Both the position numbers and the translations under genes were made by a program. A stretch of 64,000 nt of DNA from Parvibaculum sp. (lineage in GTDB: Bacteria; Pseudomonadota; Alphaproteobacteria; Parvibaculales; Parvibaculaceae): positions 830 to 64,829 of the forward strand of contig NZQM01000204.1 of NCBI GenBank assembly GCA_002695905.1, written 5' to 3'. Shown in pieces: positions 9,599 through 23,400 of the stretch (within the stretch, counting starts at the first letter, position 1; each line of letters opens with the position of its first letter). The notes under the pieces were generated by a model. The model did not search any database. It worked only from the letters and a program-made list of their open reading frames with translations, and was not told the origin of the DNA.

Positions 9599-10102
9599 AT
9601 GCCTGGACCCTATTCAGAGCCTTTTGAAGCCCCATTGCGGAAAGTGGAAAGTGACTGGATAGACCTGAACGGCCATATGAATATGGCCTACTACAATCTC
9701 CTGTTTGACGAAGGCCTGGATGCGTTGTTCAACGTATTAGGCATCGGCTGGGAGTACACCAAGCAAGGCGAAGGCTCCTGCTTTACGGCGGAGATCCACG
9801 TCACCTATCTCGATGAACTCAGTGAAGGGGAGCCTGTACGGGTCACCTATCAGCTGTTGGATTGGGATGAAAAGCGATTGCATCTATTTGGACGCATGTA
9901 TCACGGCACCGAAGGCTACCTCGCTGCCACATCCGAGCAAATGGCCATTCATGTGGACATGAAGTCGCGACGAGCCTCACCCATGCCCGAAAGCGTGCAG
10001 GAAGTCGCAGCGGCAATCATGAAAGATCATAAGTCCCTCGACCAGCCGGAACAGGCAGGTCGTGTTATCGGCATCCGACGTAAAAAGGAACAAACAGCCT
10101 GA
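9599..10102 (+). CDS. Hot-dog-fold acyl-CoA thioesterase family protein
   Basis: WIDLNGHMNMAYY motif; AAGGAG RBS before ATG 9599 (the ORF-track start at 9197 is an over-extension). Confidence 0.88.
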   Translation: MPGPYSEPFEAPLRKVESDWIDLNGHMNMAYYNLLFDEGLDALFNVLGIGWEYTKQGEGSCFTAEIHVTYLDELSEGEPVRVTYQLLDWDEKRLHLFGRMYHGTEGYLAATSEQMAIHVDMKSRRASPMPESVQEVAAAIMKDHKSLDQPEQAGRVIGIRRKKEQTA

Positions 10103-10602
10103 TGCGACAGCTGATTACCATTCTCGCTCTCTGTCTCCTGGGATCTCCGACCGCCGCCCTTGCCTTCGCAGAATGTTCTGCCGTCCCGGCACCCGGCGTC
10201 GACTGGTCTCGATGTTTCCTGGAAGAATCCAATTTCACCGACAGCGATCTAACAGAGGCAAAGCTGGTGGACACAAGACTGCAGCGGGCCAATCTCTCCC
10301 GCACCATCTTCAATGGCGCGGATGCAAGGGACGCAAAATTCGTTGATGCAGAACTGAGTGACGCCAGTTTTATTGGCGCAAATCTACGCAAGGCGGACAT
10401 GACAAAGGCCAATCTCGAAGGCGCCGACCTGTCAGAAAGCAATCTTCGACGCACCCGCCTGTTCCGAGCCAACCTGAGAGGTGCCAACTTTACAGGCGCG
10501 CTACTGGATCAGACCGACCTGCTAAATGCTGATCTATCTGGAGCGACCTGGACAGACGGTGCCAGGGTTTGCGCCGAAGGGTCAATCGGCCGCTGCAAAT
10601 GA
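10102..10602 (+). CDS. Secreted pentapeptide-repeat protein
   Basis: Signal peptide ending AFA; tandem A(D/N)LXX repeats; Cys pairs at both ends. Confidence 0.92.
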   Translation: MRQLITILALCLLGSPTAALAFAECSAVPAPGVDWSRCFLEESNFTDSDLTEAKLVDTRLQRANLSRTIFNGADARDAKFVDAELSDASFIGANLRKADMTKANLEGADLSESNLRRTRLFRANLRGANFTGALLDQTDLLNADLSGATWTDGARVCAEGSIGRCK

Positions 10603-12272
10603 AGCTTTTCCTCTCAAAGCTCGTAAAAATCCTCGCGAAAATATTCGAGGCAGTCATAGACCGCCCGATTGAAGAAAACTGGCGCGAGTTCTGGGAATCA
10701 CGAGCCTTGACCGGGTGGGTGCTGGCGGCAGCGCTTGGCATCGCCGCAGCCTATGCCACCATCCTTTTTCGCATGGCCATCGCCGGTGTGCAGTGGATCT
10801 GGATCGGCACGTTCGATGAGGGAACTGCGAGTGCCGCCGCCAGCGTTCCCTGGTGGCTCTTGATGGCAGGGCCCATCGGGGCGGGTCTCATTGTTGGCCT
10901 CGGCATCAAATATCTCATGCCTCTGAACCGCACAGAAAGCGTTTCCGATGTCATTGAGGCCGCAGCCTTAAAAGCCGGTCGCATGCCCCTCAAGACCGGC
11001 ATCTACTCTTCTATCCTCACCGCCATTTCGCTGGGTGGCGGAGCTAGCGCCGGACGGGAGGGCCCCGCTGTTCATCTGGGCGCCACTATTTCCGCCTATG
11101 TGGCTGAGCGCTTTAAATTCAATCCCGAATGGGGCCGCATTTTGCTGGCATGTGGTGTTGCAGGCGCTGTAACCGCGTCGTTTAACGCACCAATTGCCGG
11201 GGTCCTTTTCGCCCACGAGATCATTCTTGGACACTACGCGCTCCGGGCTTTTGTGCCCGTATCAATCGCATCGGTTGCTGCGACATCTGTCGCCCGGTTT
11301 CACCTGGGCAACTTCCCCGCATTCACCCTGCCAAACTATTCCATTGCCTCCTATTTTGAGTTCCCGGCTTTTGCCCTCCTGGGCATCATTGCGGCGCTTG
11401 TAGCCATAAGCTTCATGGCTTCCGTTATTTATGCCGATAAGGTCGCACGGGCCGTTGAAATGCCTGTCTGGCTCCGGCCTGTTCTAGGCGGTGTCATTGT
11501 CGGCTTCATCGCCTTGATGGTGCCAGAGGTCCTGGGCGTCGGCTACGAAGCGACCGACAATGCCCTGAAGCAGAGCCACACGCTTCCCTTCCTGATCGCA
11601 CTACTGATCGCGAAGACTGTAGCAACCGCCGTGACCCTGGCGAGCCGTTTCGGCGGCGGAGTTTTTTCTCCCTCTCTCTATCTGGGCGCTATGGCAGGTG
11701 GGGCCTTCGGCATTGTGGCCGCCCACATCTTTCCGGGCATGGCATCGGCTCACGGTCTCTATGCTATTGTCGGTATGGGCGCCGTCGCGGCGGCCGTGCT
11801 GGGTGCACCTCTGTCCACGACACTCATCGTTTTCGAACTGACCGGCGACTATGAAGTCACCATCGCCCTCCTGCTTGCCAATGCCATCGCCACAGCGCTA
11901 ACCCAGGCGACCATCGGCAAGAGTTTCTTCCATTGGCAGCTGGAGCAACGAGAGGTTCATCTTCAGGAAGGCCCCCACAGGCGCGTGATGATGAACATTC
12001 ATGTGCGCGATGTGATGACCCGGTTTGACCAGGCCCATCCCTATTCAGAAGACGCGCCGAGATTGCTTACCGCTGCCGCTGAGTCTATTCGCATTTACCC
12101 CTATGACCGCCTGAACCAGGCCCTTGATCTGATGGACGCACACGACCTTGAGCATTTGCCTGTTTGCGAGCCAGGTAAAAGTGACTTGGCGGTAGGACGT
12201 ATTACCCGTGTGGCGGCTCTAAAAGCACTCGCAGACGGTCTAATCGCAGCATCCCGCGAAGAACATCACTAA
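10599..12272 (+). CDS. ClC family chloride channel/transporter with C-terminal CBS region
   Basis: GREGP, FNAPIAG and GGVFSPSL motifs; many TM helices; ATGA overlap with upstream stop. Confidence 0.92.
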   Translation: MKLFLSKLVKILAKIFEAVIDRPIEENWREFWESRALTGWVLAAALGIAAAYATILFRMAIAGVQWIWIGTFDEGTASAAASVPWWLLMAGPIGAGLIVGLGIKYLMPLNRTESVSDVIEAAALKAGRMPLKTGIYSSILTAISLGGGASAGREGPAVHLGATISAYVAERFKFNPEWGRILLACGVAGAVTASFNAPIAGVLFAHEIILGHYALRAFVPVSIASVAATSVARFHLGNFPAFTLPNYSIASYFEFPAFALLGIIAALVAISFMASVIYADKVARAVEMPVWLRPVLGGVIVGFIALMVPEVLGVGYEATDNALKQSHTLPFLIALLIAKTVATAVTLASRFGGGVFSPSLYLGAMAGGAFGIVAAHIFPGMASAHGLYAIVGMGAVAAAVLGAPLSTTLIVFELTGDYEVTIALLLANAIATALTQATIGKSFFHWQLEQREVHLQEGPHRRVMMNIHVRDVMTRFDQAHPYSEDAPRLLTAAAESIRIYPYDRLNQALDLMDAHDLEHLPVCEPGKSDLAVGRITRVAALKALADGLIAASREEHH

Positions 12273-12348
12273 AACTAATATTTCATATTGAGATGAAAGC
12301 CCTGCACACCTAGTGCCGGTGCCTCTAAGTGCTTATCTTGAGTCCATC

Positions 12349-14685
12349 ATGTCAGATTCGGACCCATTTGATCTGGGAGACATCCCGGAAGAGGAGACGG
12401 CCCGCTCATTGAGCGCCCAGGCCATGGGTGGCATGCGTCCACCCTACCTGCGCGGGCTAAACGACGCGCAGCAGCAAGCAATTGAAGCACTCGACGGCCC
12501 GGTACTGGTACTTGCCGGTGCAGGAACGGGCAAAACCCGCGTCCTCACGACGCGCCTTGCGCACGCTCTGTCAACCCGCAAAGCATGGCCCGGACAGATA
12601 TTGGCGGTAACGTTCACCAACAAAGCGGCGAAGGAAATGCAGCACCGCATCGGCTCGCTGATCGGTGGCGTTGTGGAAGGCATGCCCTGGCTCGGCACAT
12701 TCCACTCGATCGGCGCAAAAATCCTGCGACGTCACGCAGAGCTTGTAGGCCTGCGCTCAGACTTCACCATCCTCGACATGGATGATCAGCACCGTCTTCT
12801 AAAACAGCTCATCAAGGCGGAAGGTATAGACGAGAAGCGCTGGCCCGCCCGCCAGCTGGCATCCCACATTGACGGTTGGAAGAACAGAGGGCTCACCCCA
12901 GATAAAGTCCCCGCAGGCGATGCCGAGCTTTTCGGCAATGGCAAAGGAGTAAGCCTCTACGCTGCCTACCAGGAACGCCTCAAAATTCTGAACGCAGCTG
13001 ACTTCGGTGATCTGCTGCTCGAATGCCTCCGCCTCTTTCAAGAAAACCCGGAGGTTCTGAGCGAATATCAGGACCGCTTTAAATACATGCTGGTGGACGA
13101 GTATCAGGACACCAACGTCGCGCAATATCTCTGGCTCCGGCTCCTCGCGCAGAAACACAAAAACATCTGCTGCGTTGGCGATGATGATCAGTCAATCTAT
13201 GGCTGGCGCGGCGCAGAGGTCGACAACATCCTGCGCTTTGAACAGGACTTCCCCGGCGCCAAAGTCGTCCGTCTGGAACAGAATTACCGATCCACGCCCC
13301 ATATTCTGGGTGCCGCGTCCGGGCTCATTACCGCGAATGAGAGCAGACTTGGTAAAACCCTTTGGACAGAAATGAACGAAGGCGAAAAGGTCACGCTGCG
13401 AGGTCTCTGGGACGGCGAAGAAGAAGCCCGCGTCATCGGCGAAGACATTGAACAATTGCAGCGCGAGGGACACTTGCTCCGCGAGACGGCCATCCTGGTG
13501 CGTGCGTCCTTCCAGATGCGCGAGTTTGAGGACCGCTTTATCAATCTAGGTCTCCCCTATCGGGTCGTCGGCGGACCCCGCTTCTACGAACGTATGGAAG
13601 TGCGCGACGCCAATGCCTATCTGCGGCTCGTCGCCCAGCCGGACGATGACCTGGCATTTGAGCGCATCATGAACAAACCCAAGCGGGGGCTGGGTGACAA
13701 AGCGCTCCAGACGCTTCATCAGCTAGCCCGCCAGCAAGGCATTTCACTGAGCCGCGCGGCACGCCTCATCACGGAAACAGAAGAGCTGAGGCAACCAGCC
13801 CGACGCAATCTCAAAGACTTCATCGACATGGTGGACCGCTGGCGCGCTCTTGTGCCCGGCATGGGTCACATTGAGCTGGCTGAAACAATCCTTGATGAAA
13901 GCGGCTACACTGAGATGTGGCAGAATGATCGCTCAGCGGATGCACCAGGTCGCCTGGACAATCTGAAGGAACTCGTCCGCTCCATGGAGCATTTTGAGAA
14001 CCTCGCAGGCTATCTGGAACACATCTCCTTGGTGATGGAGATTGAGCAAGCCGATACGGCAGACAAGGTCAACCTGATGACCCTCCATTCCGCCAAGGGA
14101 CTGGAGTTCGACACAGTGTTCCTGCCCGGTTGGGAGGAAGGTCTTTTCCCCCACCAGAGGTCGCTCGACGAAAGCGGCCTTGCGGGTCTCGAAGAAGAAC
14201 GCCGCCTCGCTTATGTCGGCATTACACGGGCCAAGAAAAGTGCCTGCATCTCCTTTGCCTCAAACCGACGTATACACAATCTCTGGCAATCATCCCTCCC
14301 CTCCCGTTTTGTCGATGAACTTCCCAAAGACCATGTCGACGTTGTGGAGGGCGACACAAACTTTGGCGGCTATGGATCGTTCTCTCAAAGCCGCTTTGAC
14401 CATGAATTTTCCCAAAGCAATTATGGCGGCCCCGGCTGGCAGCGCGCGCAAGCCAATGCCCGCTCGGGCGCGATGAAAACCCGCGCGCCGGATCTGGAGG
14501 GCCACGCAGAACTCGTCGCCACATCCGACCCGGCTGCCTCCAGCTATGATGTCGGGGAGCGGGTCTTCCACCAGAAATTTGGCTACGGACGCGTGGCTGA
14601 CATTGATGGCAATAAGCTCACTGTGGATTTTGAACATTCAGGCCGCAAAAAAGTCATCGACACATTTGTAGAGCGCCATGCCTGA
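12349..14685 (+). CDS. uvrD: ATP-dependent DNA helicase UvrD/PcrA
   Basis: AGAGTGKT, VTFTNKAA, DEYQD, GDDDQSIY, TLHSAKGLEF, EERRLAYVGITRA; C-terminal Tudor-like RVFHQKFGYG. Confidence 0.95.
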   Translation: MSDSDPFDLGDIPEEETARSLSAQAMGGMRPPYLRGLNDAQQQAIEALDGPVLVLAGAGTGKTRVLTTRLAHALSTRKAWPGQILAVTFTNKAAKEMQHRIGSLIGGVVEGMPWLGTFHSIGAKILRRHAELVGLRSDFTILDMDDQHRLLKQLIKAEGIDEKRWPARQLASHIDGWKNRGLTPDKVPAGDAELFGNGKGVSLYAAYQERLKILNAADFGDLLLECLRLFQENPEVLSEYQDRFKYMLVDEYQDTNVAQYLWLRLLAQKHKNICCVGDDDQSIYGWRGAEVDNILRFEQDFPGAKVVRLEQNYRSTPHILGAASGLITANESRLGKTLWTEMNEGEKVTLRGLWDGEEEARVIGEDIEQLQREGHLLRETAILVRASFQMREFEDRFINLGLPYRVVGGPRFYERMEVRDANAYLRLVAQPDDDLAFERIMNKPKRGLGDKALQTLHQLARQQGISLSRAARLITETEELRQPARRNLKDFIDMVDRWRALVPGMGHIELAETILDESGYTEMWQNDRSADAPGRLDNLKELVRSMEHFENLAGYLEHISLVMEIEQADTADKVNLMTLHSAKGLEFDTVFLPGWEEGLFPHQRSLDESGLAGLEEERRLAYVGITRAKKSACISFASNRRIHNLWQSSLPSRFVDELPKDHVDVVEGDTNFGGYGSFSQSRFDHEFSQSNYGGPGWQRAQANARSGAMKTRAPDLEGHAELVATSDPAASSYDVGERVFHQKFGYGRVADIDGNKLTVDFEHSGRKKVIDTFVERHA

Positions 14686-14709
14686 CACCCACGCTGTCAG
14701 GAGCGCAAG

Positions 14710-15609
14710 ATGAGCGCAGGTCATACAGCAAACCAAGTTTGGAAAGTCTCATTCGTCACACCCGTCGCAGACGCTGACGCGTTCGCGACCCTCCTGTCCG
14801 ACGCGTTCCACCCAGACGCTCAGGCTGTTGCGACGGCGGAAGTAGAAGAGCATGTGTCCTGGTCGGTTGAGGCCTATTACCAAGAAGAACCCGACACCGC
14901 TCAGATCGAAAAAATCATTCGCCCACTCGCAGATGAACTAAAACTGGCTGTGCCCCCCGTCACGGTGGACGCCCTGCCTGACATTAACTGGGTCGCCAAA
15001 TCGCTGGAGGGACTGGCCCCGATTGAGACCGACCGCTTCTTCGTTCACGGCGCCCACGATGCCGCCAAATGTCCCTCCGCCCGCATTCCCCTTCTGGTTG
15101 ATGCAGGCGAAGCCTTTGGCACCGGCCATCACGGCACCACACTTGCCTGTCTCAAATTCATCGAGAAAGAATGTCAGCGGCGGACGCCTGGGCGGGTTCT
15201 GGATCTCGGATGTGGAACAGGACTTCTCGCCATCGCGGCTGCTAAACTCACAGGCCGACAAGTTATCGCCAGCGACATTGATCCCATCGCCACACGGGTG
15301 ACACGCGAGAATGCCCGCGCGAACAAAGTGCATCCACTCATCAAAACGATCACCACCAAAGGGACCGATCATCCGGACCTTAAAGCGCACGGTCCCTACG
15401 ATCTCCTCATCGCCAACATATTGGCCCGCCCTCTCGCACAGATTGCCCCAGACATTGAACACCAACTCACCCGAGGCGGAACCCTGATCCTGTCAGGCAT
15501 TCTCCACGAACAGGAGCAGATGGTACTATCGGCCTATCGCGACCAAGGCCTCTACCTCCTCGACCGGCTACGCATCAACGAATGGGTCACGCTGCGCCTG
15601 AGAGGATGA
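14710..15609 (+). CDS. prmA: 50S ribosomal protein L11 methyltransferase
   Basis: AFGTGHHGTT, VLDLGCGTG, ANIL and LSGIL motifs. Confidence 0.92.
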   Translation: MSAGHTANQVWKVSFVTPVADADAFATLLSDAFHPDAQAVATAEVEEHVSWSVEAYYQEEPDTAQIEKIIRPLADELKLAVPPVTVDALPDINWVAKSLEGLAPIETDRFFVHGAHDAAKCPSARIPLLVDAGEAFGTGHHGTTLACLKFIEKECQRRTPGRVLDLGCGTGLLAIAAAKLTGRQVIASDIDPIATRVTRENARANKVHPLIKTITTKGTDHPDLKAHGPYDLLIANILARPLAQIAPDIEHQLTRGGTLILSGILHEQEQMVLSAYRDQGLYLLDRLRINEWVTLRLRG

Positions 15610-15666
15610 CCTATCTTTGATTGTTGGGGTCTACCCAGAAATCCGTGAGAGAGCTAAGATACGCCC

Positions 15667-17481
15667 ATGTTTCAGACCTATGACGATGTGGCCGACCCGA
15701 CACTGGGCGCTGGCCGAGCAGCAAAACTCCGCGCTGAGTTGAAAGCCCGCGGTCTTGATGGCTTTATCATTCCCCGCGCCGATGAACATCAGGGGGAATA
15801 TGTGCCCCCGCACGCTGAACGCCTGCGCTGGCTGACTGGCTTTTCCGGTTCTGCCGGGCTTGCCATTGTCCTACAGGACAAAGCGGCGATCTTCATTGAT
15901 GGACGCTACACCCTTCAGGTGCGCTATCAGGTCGACATCGACGTGTTCGAACCTCAATCTCTGATGGGCATGCCGCCCGCGCAATGGGTGGAGGAAAACC
16001 TCCTCGCAGGGGCAAAGCTCGCCTACGATCCCTGGCTGCACACGGTCGAGAGCGTCAAACGGCTCAAGCTGGCTACCGAGAAGGTCGGCGGCGAACTGGT
16101 CGCCGTCGAGGGCAATATCGTTGACGCGATCTGGGACGATCAGCCGGAAAAACCTAAAGCCCCGGTCGAGCCGCACGATCTGGTCTATGCCGGAGCGCCT
16201 GCTGCTGAGAAGCTTGCTGCCATCACCAGTGAGCTTCAATCATCGGATGCGGACGCGACCATTGTGACCATGCCTGACAGCATCGCCTGGCTGTTCAACA
16301 TACGCGGCGGCGACGTGGCACACTCCCCTCTGCCACTCTCTTTTGCGATTGTGTATGAGGAAGGTCACGCAGAGCTTTTCGTGCATGAGGAAAAAATCTC
16401 CGCAGAGACCCGCGCCCATCTGGGCAATGTCGTCACCCTCCTGCCGCCGGAAGATTTAGGCCCAACCCTCGACAAGCTGGGAACCTGGGGCCGCGAAGTT
16501 CGGATTGATCCGGCAACCTGCAGCGACTGGATTGCAACACGCCTCTCAAAGGCCGGCGCCACACTCAAGCAAGGGGCGGACCTTTGCGAACTTCCCAAAG
16601 CCCGGAAGAACGAAACGGAAGTTGCTGGAACCCGCACCGCACACATTCGCGACGGCCAGGCGCTGAGCCGCTTCCTGGCCTGGTTGGACAGGGAGACACC
16701 AGGTGGCAAGGTCACAGAAATTTCTGCCGCCAAACAGCTCGAAGAATTTCGCCAGGAAACAGGCGCCCTAAAAGAAGTGAGCTTCGACACGATTTCAGGT
16801 GCAGGGCCCAACGGCGCCATTGTGCACTATCGCGTCACCACCGACACAGACCGCGCTCTTGGCCAAGGAGAGCTCTATCTCGTCGACTCTGGCGCTCAGT
16901 ATCTTGATGGCACGACGGATGTCACCCGCACCATTGCCATCGGAACGCCGACACAAGAGATGAAGGACCGTTTCACGCGGGTCCTGAAAGGCCATATCGG
17001 CCTTGCTGCTGCCCGCTTCCCCAAAGGAACATCTGGCGCCCAACTGGACGCCCTTGCCCGAATGGCGCTTTGGCAGGCAGGCCTCGATTTTGACCATGGA
17101 ACCGGCCACGGCGTCGGCTCCTACCTTTCCGTACATGAAGGCCCGCAACGCATTTCCAAGGCAGGCCATGTGCCGCTTGACCCAGGCATGATCGTCTCAA
17201 ACGAGCCCGGCTATTACAAAACCGACGCCTTCGGCATTCGCATTGAGAACCTGCTTGTTGTCACCCCGCCCGCGCCAATTGACGGCGGCGAACGGGACAT
17301 GATGGGATTTGAAACCGTGACCCTTGCGCCTATCGATCTATCGCTCGTTGAAGCGAGTCTTCTGACAGAAGATGAAAAAGCGTGGCTCAATGCCTACCAT
17401 GCGGACGTGCGCGCGAAAGTAGGTCCAGCGCTGGGTGGCGAGGAAAACACCTGGCTTGAAGAAGCGACGCATGCCATCTGA
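15667..17481 (+). CDS. Xaa-Pro aminopeptidase (aminopeptidase P, M24B)
   Basis: DSGAQYLDGTTDVTRT, HGTGHGVG...HEGP, SNEPGYY and GIRIEN metal-site motifs. Confidence 0.95.
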   Translation: MFQTYDDVADPTLGAGRAAKLRAELKARGLDGFIIPRADEHQGEYVPPHAERLRWLTGFSGSAGLAIVLQDKAAIFIDGRYTLQVRYQVDIDVFEPQSLMGMPPAQWVEENLLAGAKLAYDPWLHTVESVKRLKLATEKVGGELVAVEGNIVDAIWDDQPEKPKAPVEPHDLVYAGAPAAEKLAAITSELQSSDADATIVTMPDSIAWLFNIRGGDVAHSPLPLSFAIVYEEGHAELFVHEEKISAETRAHLGNVVTLLPPEDLGPTLDKLGTWGREVRIDPATCSDWIATRLSKAGATLKQGADLCELPKARKNETEVAGTRTAHIRDGQALSRFLAWLDRETPGGKVTEISAAKQLEEFRQETGALKEVSFDTISGAGPNGAIVHYRVTTDTDRALGQGELYLVDSGAQYLDGTTDVTRTIAIGTPTQEMKDRFTRVLKGHIGLAAARFPKGTSGAQLDALARMALWQAGLDFDHGTGHGVGSYLSVHEGPQRISKAGHVPLDPGMIVSNEPGYYKTDAFGIRIENLLVVTPPAPIDGGERDMMGFETVTLAPIDLSLVEASLLTEDEKAWLNAYHADVRAKVGPALGGEENTWLEEATHAI

Positions 17482-17490
17482 GGCGGAGCT

Positions 17491-21287
<3,797 letters not shown>

Positions 21288-21295
21288 AAGCGCTC

Positions 21296-22156
21296 CTAGA
21301 AAACAGAATTCCAGGCTTTGCTCATCCAGGAGTCCTGGTTTTCTCTGGGTTCTAGGTCATTCCCAGACAGAAGCGCATAACTGTCTTCGTACCATTCGCT
21401 TCCTGGAAAGTTGTGCCCAAGAATGGCCGCAGCCGTCTGAGCTTCGGTAACCACACCCAAAGACATGTATGTTTCTGTCAACCTGTGAAGCGCTTCAGGA
21501 ACGTGAGTGGTTGTCTGATAGGAGACAATAACAGAGCGAAACCGGTTGATTGCAGCCACGTAGGACCGCTGGTTGAGATAGTAACGCCCGATCTCCATCT
21601 CCTTGCCTGCAAGGTGATCAAAGGTGAGGTCGATCTTCAGTCGCGCATCTCTGGCATACTCAGTTTCCGGAAAACGCCGAACGACTTCCGAAAGTGTCGC
21701 GAGCGCATTTTGGGTCATCCCCTGATCTCGTCCGACATCTGAAATCTGCTCATAGAAACTGATGCCCATTAGATAGTAGGCGTAGGCAGCATCTTTGTTC
21801 CCGGGATGCAGAGCAAGAAACCGCTGCGCACTTAAAATTGCCGAGTCATAGTCATTTGTCTGATAGTAAGAGTAGGAGGCCATCAGCATCGCGCGACGTG
21901 CCCATTGAGAATAAGGGTGCTGACGCTCAACTTCATCAAATTCCGCTGCTGCTTGACGGAATTTTTTGTCCTCAAGCAAATTCAGCGCTTTGTTGTAAAT
22001 CTGCTCGACCGGGCGTTCATTATAGACGATCTCCGCGTCGTCACCCCCAGAACAAGCACCAAGGACAAGCGCGACGCCCAGCACAATCACCGATGGGCCC
22101 CGCCCAAGCTTTTTCACCCATTTGGGTCCGATTCCAGCCACACTGCCTCTACTCAT
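21296..22156 (-). CDS. bamD: Outer membrane protein assembly lipoprotein BamD
   Basis: LGAC lipobox; TPR motifs FDEVERQHPYS, RDQ, YYL, AAINRF. Confidence 0.95.
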   Translation of the reverse strand: MSRGSVAGIGPKWVKKLGRGPSVIVLGVALVLGACSGGDDAEIVYNERPVEQIYNKALNLLEDKKFRQAAAEFDEVERQHPYSQWARRAMLMASYSYYQTNDYDSAILSAQRFLALHPGNKDAAYAYYLMGISFYEQISDVGRDQGMTQNALATLSEVVRRFPETEYARDARLKIDLTFDHLAGKEMEIGRYYLNQRSYVAAINRFRSVIVSYQTTTHVPEALHRLTETYMSLGVVTEAQTAAAILGHNFPGSEWYEDSYALLSGNDLEPRENQDSWMSKAWNSVF

Positions 22157-22264
22157 CAAGCCATCGCTCCTGCACATTCAGCCTTGCCGGAAGTCCTCCG
22201 GAAAGACCGCACTATATCAACCCTTGAGCGCATACCATAGAGTGCCAAATCCCTATCAGGCGAT

Positions 22265-22298
22265 AAAAAAAGCCGACTTGAAAAGATCTCAAGCCGGT
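22265..22298 (-). terminator. Intrinsic terminator downstream of lpxC
   Basis: Minus strand CCGGCTTGA-loop-TCAAGTCGG followed by a T7 tract. Confidence 0.7.
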
Positions 22299-22338
22299 CA
22301 AATTTCTGAAATCAGCGCCAAAAAGGCCTGCTCTGGGC

Positions 22339-23400
22339 TCAATCTGCGGAGACCATCATCTTTGGAACATCCGCCATCACATCAACGCTTTCGTCGCACG
22401 TGACATATTCCCAGGAATCAGGATTCGCGAAAAGTGCGTGAAGCACCTGATTATTAAAGGCATGCCCTGCCCGGCTCGCATTGTAACACCCCAGAATAGG
22501 CGCTCCTGCCAAGGCCAGATCACCAACCGCATCAAGGGTCTTGTGACGAACAAATTCGTCTGGCGACCGCAGCCCTCCGTCGTTCAAAACTTCTTCACCG
22601 TCCAAGACAACGGCATTTTCGAGGGTAGCACCCTTTGCAAGCCCCAAAGACCGAAGCATTTCTACGTCTTTCAAAAAGCCAAAAGTACGCGACCGCGCCA
22701 GTTCCCGCCGAAAACTGTCCGGAGAGATCGTCAGAGCCAGGTCCTGCTTTCCAATGACCTGATTGTCGAAGTCAATGCTAAGCTCAATCCGCAGGCCGTC
22801 ATCGCAGGGATGCAGGGTTCCGTGACGTAAACCATCCTCCAAAGCGATAGGTTCCAAAACGCGGATATACCGACGCGGAGAGGCAAGGGTCGCCTGCCCA
22901 GCTTGATCAAGCAGTGCAATGAAGGCGTCTGAGCTGCCATCCATCACCGGAACTTCTTCAGCATCCACTTCGATCAGCAAATTATCGATCTGAAGGGCCG
23001 ACACAGCAGCCATAAGGTGCTCAATCGTCGCGACTTTCGTTCCAGCCGCATTGCCGATTGTTGTGCACATCGTCGCATCTATGACGGAGTCATAGCGCGC
23101 CGGAATGTCCGTGATTGCCCGATCACTTGTTTCAAGGTCCGTCCGACGAAACACAATGCCGGTATTCGCATCCGCAGGTTTCAACACAAGACGCACAAGC
23201 GTGCCCTTATGCAGCCCAATACCGTTCATGGTGATCGACGTGGAAATAGTGGTTTGCCGCAGCACATCAGTCCCAACACAAGTGCTGTCACTGGAATGGG
23301 CCAATCGTAACTTGTTGAAGGTAGAACCGCCGCCGGTATTCACCGGTTCCGCAAACGTGTCGTGGTCAGTATTCCGCACTGTCCGTTCCCCATATACCAC
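22339..23400 (-). CDS. lpxC: UDP-3-O-acyl-N-acetylglucosamine deacetylase (start uncertain)
   Basis: RQTTI...GIGLH, TIEHLMAA, EVPVMDGS, RTFGF, EFVRHKTLDAVGDL. Confidence 0.96.
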   Translation of the reverse strand: MVYGERTVRNTDHDTFAEPVNTGGGSTFNKLRLAHSSDSTCVGTDVLRQTTISTSITMNGIGLHKGTLVRLVLKPADANTGIVFRRTDLETSDRAITDIPARYDSVIDATMCTTIGNAAGTKVATIEHLMAAVSALQIDNLLIEVDAEEVPVMDGSSDAFIALLDQAGQATLASPRRYIRVLEPIALEDGLRHGTLHPCDDGLRIELSIDFDNQVIGKQDLALTISPDSFRRELARSRTFGFLKDVEMLRSLGLAKGATLENAVVLDGEEVLNDGGLRSPDEFVRHKTLDAVGDLALAGAPILGCYNASRAGHAFNNQVLHALFANPDSWEYVTCDESVDVMADVPKMMVSAD

